A stretch of DNA of 20,000 bases, taken from IMG/VR virus record IMGVR_UViG_3300043786_001842; one strand, 5' to 3'. The stretch's first letter is position 1. Each line of letters begins with the position of its first letter. This DNA comes from an uncultured virus (IMG/VR IMGVR_UViG_3300043786_001842) (taxonomy: Duplodnaviria; Heunggongvirae; Uroviricota; Caudoviricetes). The notes beneath the pieces were generated by a model, which was not told the origin of the DNA, made no database searches, and saw only the letters and a program-made list of their open reading frames with translations. This document shows, in pieces, positions 15,466-20,000 of the stretch. The position numbers were made by a program, and so were the translations under genes.

Positions 15466-18119
15466 TCGACGACTCCATGCTGACCGAGGAGCAGAAGCGC
15501 GCCATCGACGCCTTCGCGGCCTGGTGGAAGCACGGCTCCGAGCACGGCTTCGGCGAGCGGCCGATCTGGAAGCTGACCGGGCCGGCCGGCTCCGGCAAGT
15601 CGACGATCGCCAACTTTGCGGTCGAGGCCGCCGGCATCCCGTCCGTCCTCCCGCTGGCGTTCACCGGAAAGGCCGCGCTCGTGATGAAGAGCAAGGGCCT
15701 GAGTGAGGCGAGGACCATCCACAGCGCGATCTACCTCCCGGACGAAGAGGTGAACGACACGATCCGGAAGCTCCGGAGCGAGATGATGGACGTGCGCATG
15801 AAATCGGCGCGCCGCCTCGATGAGACTCCGGAGGACTACGCCCTACGGAAGACCGCGGACGAGGCGAGGATCGCCGAGATCAAGGGTCAGATCACCAAGA
15901 TAGAGCTCAGCACGAGCGACCGCATGAATTGGATCCTGAACCCCAGCGGGCCGATGAGCCTGGCATCCCTCATCCTCGTCGACGAGGCGTCCATGGTCGG
16001 TGGGCGCGTGCAGCGGGATCTGGAGAGTTTCGGCGTGCCGATCCTCTATTTGGGCGACTCCTTCCAATTGCCCCCCATTGAAGATAAGAGCGACAAGGAG
16101 TTCACGTCCGCTCTGTTCGACCGCGATGGCCGGCCCCTCACGCCGGACTTCGGGCTCACGCAGATCCACCGGCAGGCAGAGGGGTCGGCCATCATCCGGC
16201 ACTCCAGGGACATCCGTCTCGGCCTGCCGGAGCAGCACTTCCGCGGCAAGATGGTCGGGGATCTCGGTGACATGGTGCTGCGCGTCGAGTCCTCCAAGTT
16301 GCGGATCGAGCACTACGCGGCCGCGCAGCAGGTCATCTGCGGCAAGAACGACACCCGCCACGCCATCAACGCCGCGATCCGGGAGTTCCTCGGGCGCTCC
16401 GGGCCGCTGCCCGAGGACGGAGACCGCGTCATCATCCTGCGCAACAACAAGGAGCACGGCCTGGTGAACGGCATGATGGGGGTCGCGCTCTCCGGCGCGC
16501 GATCGTACAACAGCAAGAGCGGGACGATCCGCTTCGACTGTGAGCTGGAGGACGGGCGGCAGATGGTCCTGGAGGCCCTCGAGCCGTACTTCTCGGCCCC
16601 TCAGAATCAGGACGCGCTCTACGAAAAGTGCCCCGCCTGGTCTCGGAGAGACAACCAGCACGTGGATTACGCCTGGGCTATCACGGCGCACAAATGCATG
16701 ACGCTGGACACGATCGTCCACACGGATCGCGGGATCATGCGGATCTCGGAGTTGGACAATGGCGCCGCCAGAGGGGAGTTCAAACCGCTGGAGGGTGTTA
16801 GCGTCGAGACCGGGACCGGATTGGAGAATGCGGCGTCATTCTACAACGAGGGCCCAGCCCCGGTGCTCCGCGTGGAGACCGCCCGCGGGTACTCCGTACG
16901 CGTCACTCCTGGACATCGCATATTCGTCCTAGGGGAGAACGCGGAGCTTGTCGAGCGTCTGGCGGCAGACGTCCGCCCGGGCGACTACGTGCCCATACCT
17001 CGCAGAACCAACGGCTTCGGCCCGGACCGCCAACCGCTGGGCTATGTGGACGAGGGCGGCTACCACAACGAGTCGTACTACACCTTGCCAGAGTTCATGT
17101 CTCCGTACCTGGCTGAGTTCATCGGCATGGTGGTCGCCGACGGCAGCGTCACTGGCAGAAAAGTGAATTACTGCAAGCACGAGCGCGAGCCGGTGGCTCG
17201 ATTTGCCGAGTTGGCAAACGTGCTCTTCGGCTACCGGGCTAAGGTCGTGGACCGGTCCAAGAACGGGTATGCCATCAACGACCACATGTGCGAGATCCAC
17301 TCGACCTTGATCCACCGCTTCATGGCCTCATTCGAAGGGGTGCTGCCGGACGCCAAGGACGTCCCGAAAGCCATCCTGCGGAGCAACAAGGAGTGTCAGA
17401 GAATGTTCTTGAAGGGCGTTGCGGAGGACGGCACGGTCAACGTCAGGGGCGGGCGCTTTGACCACATCGAGATCGAGATGAAGCGTGAGTCCATGTTTGA
17501 GAACGTCCGTGCAATGCTTCAGAACTTCGGGGTCCTCTGCTCGAGGTATGTGGACCAGAAAGGCTACTTCCGCCTGATGATCTACCGCGAGTCCGCCGTA
17601 CAGTTTCTGCGAGAGATCGGCTTCCATTCTCCGTCCAAGCAGGCCAATCTGCTGACGGCGGAAATCGGTGACCACTCCTACTCGCTGGAGGCATTCCCAC
17701 ACCTCGGTGGGGCGGTGAAGAAGCTGCTGAAGGAGAATCGTCTCAACAGGCAGAAGGTCATCCGACCCCCAACTCTGGGAGACTCGGCCACTTTCAACAT
17801 CGTGTCCAGAGTCATCGACCAGCTGCCGGAGTTGGCCGGACAGCCACTGTACGACAATCTTGCTGACATTCTTGCAAACTACACCTTCGACAAGATCGTA
17901 GCGGTCGAAGCCGATGGAGTGGAGAGCACGGTCTGCTTGGAAGTGCCCTCTACGGGCGCGTTCGTCCAGAACGGCATCCTTGCCGGGAATTCACAAGGGT
18001 CCCAATACACATCGGGCATTGTGCTATATGAGCCGCTGGGGCGAACGGATGAGCTCCGGCGGCGCTGGTACTACACCGCTATCACGCGGTTCGAGCAGAA
18101 CGTCATCGTGGCCTGCTGA
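15462..18119 (+). CDS. RecD/Dda-like SF1B helicase precursor with an intein (453 aa after splicing)
   Basis: GPAGSGKST, LAFTGKAA, RTIHS, LVDEASMV, GDSFQLPP, LTQIHRQ, AITAHK|SQGSQY, YTAITR. Confidence 0.93.
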   Translation: MIDDSMLTEEQKRAIDAFAAWWKHGSEHGFGERPIWKLTGPAGSGKSTIANFAVEAAGIPSVLPLAFTGKAALVMKSKGLSEARTIHSAIYLPDEEVNDTIRKLRSEMMDVRMKSARRLDETPEDYALRKTADEARIAEIKGQITKIELSTSDRMNWILNPSGPMSLASLILVDEASMVGGRVQRDLESFGVPILYLGDSFQLPPIEDKSDKEFTSALFDRDGRPLTPDFGLTQIHRQAEGSAIIRHSRDIRLGLPEQHFRGKMVGDLGDMVLRVESSKLRIEHYAAAQQVICGKNDTRHAINAAIREFLGRSGPLPEDGDRVIILRNNKEHGLVNGMMGVALSGARSYNSKSGTIRFDCELEDGRQMVLEALEPYFSAPQNQDALYEKCPAWSRRDNQHVDYAWAITAHKCMTLDTIVHTDRGIMRISELDNGAARGEFKPLEGVSVETGTGLENAASFYNEGPAPVLRVETARGYSVRVTPGHRIFVLGENAELVERLAADVRPGDYVPIPRRTNGFGPDRQPLGYVDEGGYHNESYYTLPEFMSPYLAEFIGMVVADGSVTGRKVNYCKHEREPVARFAELANVLFGYRAKVVDRSKNGYAINDHMCEIHSTLIHRFMASFEGVLPDAKDVPKAILRSNKECQRMFLKGVAEDGTVNVRGGRFDHIEIEMKRESMFENVRAMLQNFGVLCSRYVDQKGYFRLMIYRESAVQFLREIGFHSPSKQANLLTAEIGDHSYSLEAFPHLGGAVKKLLKENRLNRQKVIRPPTLGDSATFNIVSRVIDQLPELAGQPLYDNLADILANYTFDKIVAVEADGVESTVCLEVPSTGAFVQNGILAGNSQGSQYTSGIVLYEPLGRTDELRRRWYYTAITRFEQNVIVAC
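16695..17990 (+). mobile_element. Intein with LAGLIDADG endonuclease (432 aa)
   Basis: Begins CMTLDT, block B VTPGHRIF, LAGLIDADG-like IGMVVADGS and FLKGVAEDGT, ends TVCLEVPSTGAFVQNGILAGN before Ser+1; excision restores TAHKSQG. Confidence 0.95.
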
Positions 18120-18153
18120 GGCGAGCCACCCCAAGCAACGAAGGAGAAAGGCC

Positions 18154-18699
18154 TTGAAAAACACCCCCGTCAACCACGAGATCCTGCTGAAGAGCGGTGG
18201 ATACCTCGACTTCGAAAACCTCCGCACCGACGATATCCGCATCGACGATATCGCCACGGGGCTCGGCAACTGCTGCCGGTTCGCGGGCCAGTGCAGCGAT
18301 TTCTACTCCGTGGCCCAGCACTCCTACTACGTCAGCACGATCGTCCCGGAGGAGGACGCGCTGTACGCGCTGCTGCACGACGCGGCTGAGGCGTACATCG
18401 GGGACATGACGACGCCCCTGAAGGCGATGCTGCCGGACTACCGCCGCGTGGAGGCGGCGGTGTCGGCGTGCGTCATGGCGGCGTTCAATCTCGGCCCGAT
18501 GCCGCAGTCCGTGAAGGCGGCAGACCTCATCCTGCTGGCTACCGAGAAGCGCGACCTCCTCCCGCCGAACGACCGCCCGTGGCCGATCCTCGAGGGCATT
18601 GAGCCGATGCCGGACAGGATCAGGCCGTGGCCGGCAGCCTCAGCGCGCCACGTGTTCCTGCAGCGCTACCGCGAGCTGATGACCCTCCGGGGCCGATAG
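18154..18699 (+). CDS. HD-domain phosphohydrolase, YfbR/YfdR-like 5'-deoxynucleotidase
   Basis: IDDIATGL..CRFAGQ..FYSVAQHS...ALLHDAAEAYIGD..PLK...VKAADL.LLATEKRDL; TTG start after AAGGAG. Confidence 0.9.
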   Translation: MKNTPVNHEILLKSGGYLDFENLRTDDIRIDDIATGLGNCCRFAGQCSDFYSVAQHSYYVSTIVPEEDALYALLHDAAEAYIGDMTTPLKAMLPDYRRVEAAVSACVMAAFNLGPMPQSVKAADLILLATEKRDLLPPNDRPWPILEGIEPMPDRIRPWPAASARHVFLQRYRELMTLRGR

Positions 18700-18704
18700 C
18701 AACC

Positions 18705-18755
18705 GAGAGAGAAAGACCCGTACCCCATCGAGGGGTACGGGCGCTCTCTTTTTTT
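18705..18755. terminator. Terminator between convergent genes (clear on +, possibly bidirectional)
   Basis: CCCGTACCCC-ATCGA-GGGGTACGGG stem, extended by GAGAG/CTCTC and followed by a T run. Confidence 0.8.
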
Positions 18756-19005
18756 ACTCGGCGGCTTCCGCAACGGCGGCTTCCTCCTGGAGGGACGCGT
18801 TATGCGCTTCCGCCAGTGCCCGCAGGCCGATTTCGCCCTGGAGCTTGATCTTATCGATCAGGCCCCGGACCTCGGCATGCGGCTGCTCGCCCAACTTGGA
18901 CAGAATGTAGTTGATCTCGGTGAGGTGCAGGTTCAGACCGAGGACGGGGTCCTTCAGGTGCTCGGGGAAGGAGGGCTGCTGCTGTTCGGCGGTGTTCTCG
19001 CTCAT
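18754..19005 (-). CDS. Small hypothetical protein (83 aa)
   Basis: L.L.L.EINYIL..LG..P..EV..LI.KI pattern resembles small proteins often found beside phage tail fibre genes (from memory, unverified). Confidence 0.7.
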   Translation of the reverse strand: MSENTAEQQQPSFPEHLKDPVLGLNLHLTEINYILSKLGEQPHAEVRGLIDKIKLQGEIGLRALAEAHNASLQEEAAVAEAAE

Positions 19006-19089
19006 GGCTTCATCTCAAGTGGGTTGGTAACGATGGGTTGTTGGATTGCCTTTGCCGTGAAAAGCGGCGCTCTCCAACAACTGATCTTC

Positions 19090-20000
19090 TCATTTGTAGA
19101 AGGCATAGACCGAGCCAGTTCCGGATGCATCAGATGGACTTCCAACCGCCACCATGCTTCCGTCCGCAGACAGGGTGATGGACGCACCGAATTGGTCGCC
19201 CTGAGCAGCATCGAACGCCTGAATGCGAAGTTGGCTCGGCGACCATGTGGATCCGGCACGGGTGAAAATGTACGCGGATCCAGCGGTGCTACCACCGGAG
19301 TTCGCCGCCATCTGCGCCCCCACCGCCAGCGTGTTCCCGTCGGATGTGAGGGCGACGGAGTTGCCAAAGTAGTTGTTGCTGGCTCCATCCAAAGCCTCCA
19401 TCCGAGCCTGCTGAGACCACGTCGTCCCGGAGCGCACGAACACATAGGCGGAGCCAACGGTGAGATTGGCTCCCACCGCCAGCGTGTTCCCGTCCAAGGA
19501 CAAGGCGACGGAGTAGCCGAACTGGCTGGAGGCCACCGGAGTCAGGGCTTGCACCCGTGCCTGCTGCGTCCACGTCGTCCCGGAGCGGACGTAGATGTAT
19601 GCAGCTCCAGCCTTAGTGGCCTCGGCACTTGTCTCGCCATATGCGCTGGCCGCCAGCGTGTTCCCGTCGGCAGACAGCGAGACAGAGGTGCCGAAGTAGC
19701 TACCCATGTTTGATGTCGCCTGTATCCGGGCCTGCTCCGTCCACGTCGTCCCGGAGCGAACGAACACGTACAGCGCGTAGATCCGATTGGCGGCGCCCGT
19801 CCTTCCCACCGCCATCGTGTTCCCGTCCGCAGACAGGGCGACGGAGGCACCGAAGAAATCTGTGTATGACGCGTCCGACGCCTGTACTCGGGCCTGCTCC
19901 GTCCACGTCGTCCCGGAGCGAACGAATACGTATACAGACCCCGCATTGCTACCGCCGGAGTTGTCGTCCCCGTTCGCCCCCACCGCCATCGTGTTCCCGT
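19090..20000 (-). CDS. FG-GAP (integrin-alpha-like) repeat beta-propeller protein, C-terminal part; probable virion/adhesion protein
   Basis: Repeats FG.SVALS.DGNT.AVGA...GS.YVFVRSGTTWT.QARV.A; ORF is open at the right edge. Confidence 0.88.
   Translation of the reverse strand, partial: GNTMAVGANGDDNSGGSNAGSVYVFVRSGTTWTEQARVQASDASYTDFFGASVALSADGNTMAVGRTGAANRIYALYVFVRSGTTWTEQARIQATSNMGSYFGTSVSLSADGNTLAASAYGETSAEATKAGAAYIYVRSGTTWTQQARVQALTPVASSQFGYSVALSLDGNTLAVGANLTVGSAYVFVRSGTTWSQQARMEALDGASNNYFGNSVALTSDGNTLAVGAQMAANSGGSTAGSAYIFTRAGSTWSPSQLRIQAFDAAQGDQFGASITLSADGSMVAVGSPSDASGTGSVYAFYK
19727..19926. repeat. 38-bp exact direct repeat within the FG-GAP gene
   Basis: CGGGCCTGCTCCGTCCACGTCGTCCCGGAGCGAACGAA at 19727-19764 and 19889-19926; shorter copies of CCACGTCGTCCCGGAGCG near 19417 and 19570. 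Confidence 0.9.

Noticed and set aside
18154..18699. HD hydrolase as evidence of a modified-base genome (e.g. DatZ-type)
   Set aside because: It fits the common YfdR-like phage family and no base-modification partner genes are in the window.
19400..20000. Regularly spaced repeats as a CRISPR array or DGR
   Set aside because: The repeats are in-frame FG-GAP coding units; no cas or reverse transcriptase gene and no adenine-specific mismatch pattern is evident.

Overview
This looks like a segment of a large (jumbo-type) tailed phage genome; there are no cellular housekeeping operons. Left third (minus strand): a GyrB/ParE-like type II topoisomerase subunit gene split by three group I introns. 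I can place exons at 4800-3754, 2462-2199 and 970-895, and the next exon lies beyond the left edge. The introns sit in the QxK loop, the TOPRIM EG|DSA motif and the KGK-x-LN motif. Intron 1 carries a zinc-ribbon/Vsr-like endonuclease and intron 3 a NUMOD4-HNH endonuclease. Intron 2 instead carries an AntA/AntB antirepressor-domain gene with no recognisable nuclease motif, looped out of P6a; this is the most unusual observation in the window. Middle: three tiny membrane peptides, two large hypothetical genes, an SbcD/Mre11-like nuclease and a DnaB-like helicase. Then comes a convergent baseplate module (gp5-like spike, PAAR-like tip, Ala/Gly-rich protein, probable catalytically dead amidase, gp53-like wedge). 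Right: a RecD/Dda-like helicase with a LAGLIDADG intein, a YfdR-like HD hydrolase, a small protein and a partial FG-GAP beta-propeller gene. Two recurring upstream motifs resemble promoters of phiKZ/AR9-type phage RNA polymerases. All calls come from reading motifs by eye; no searches were run.
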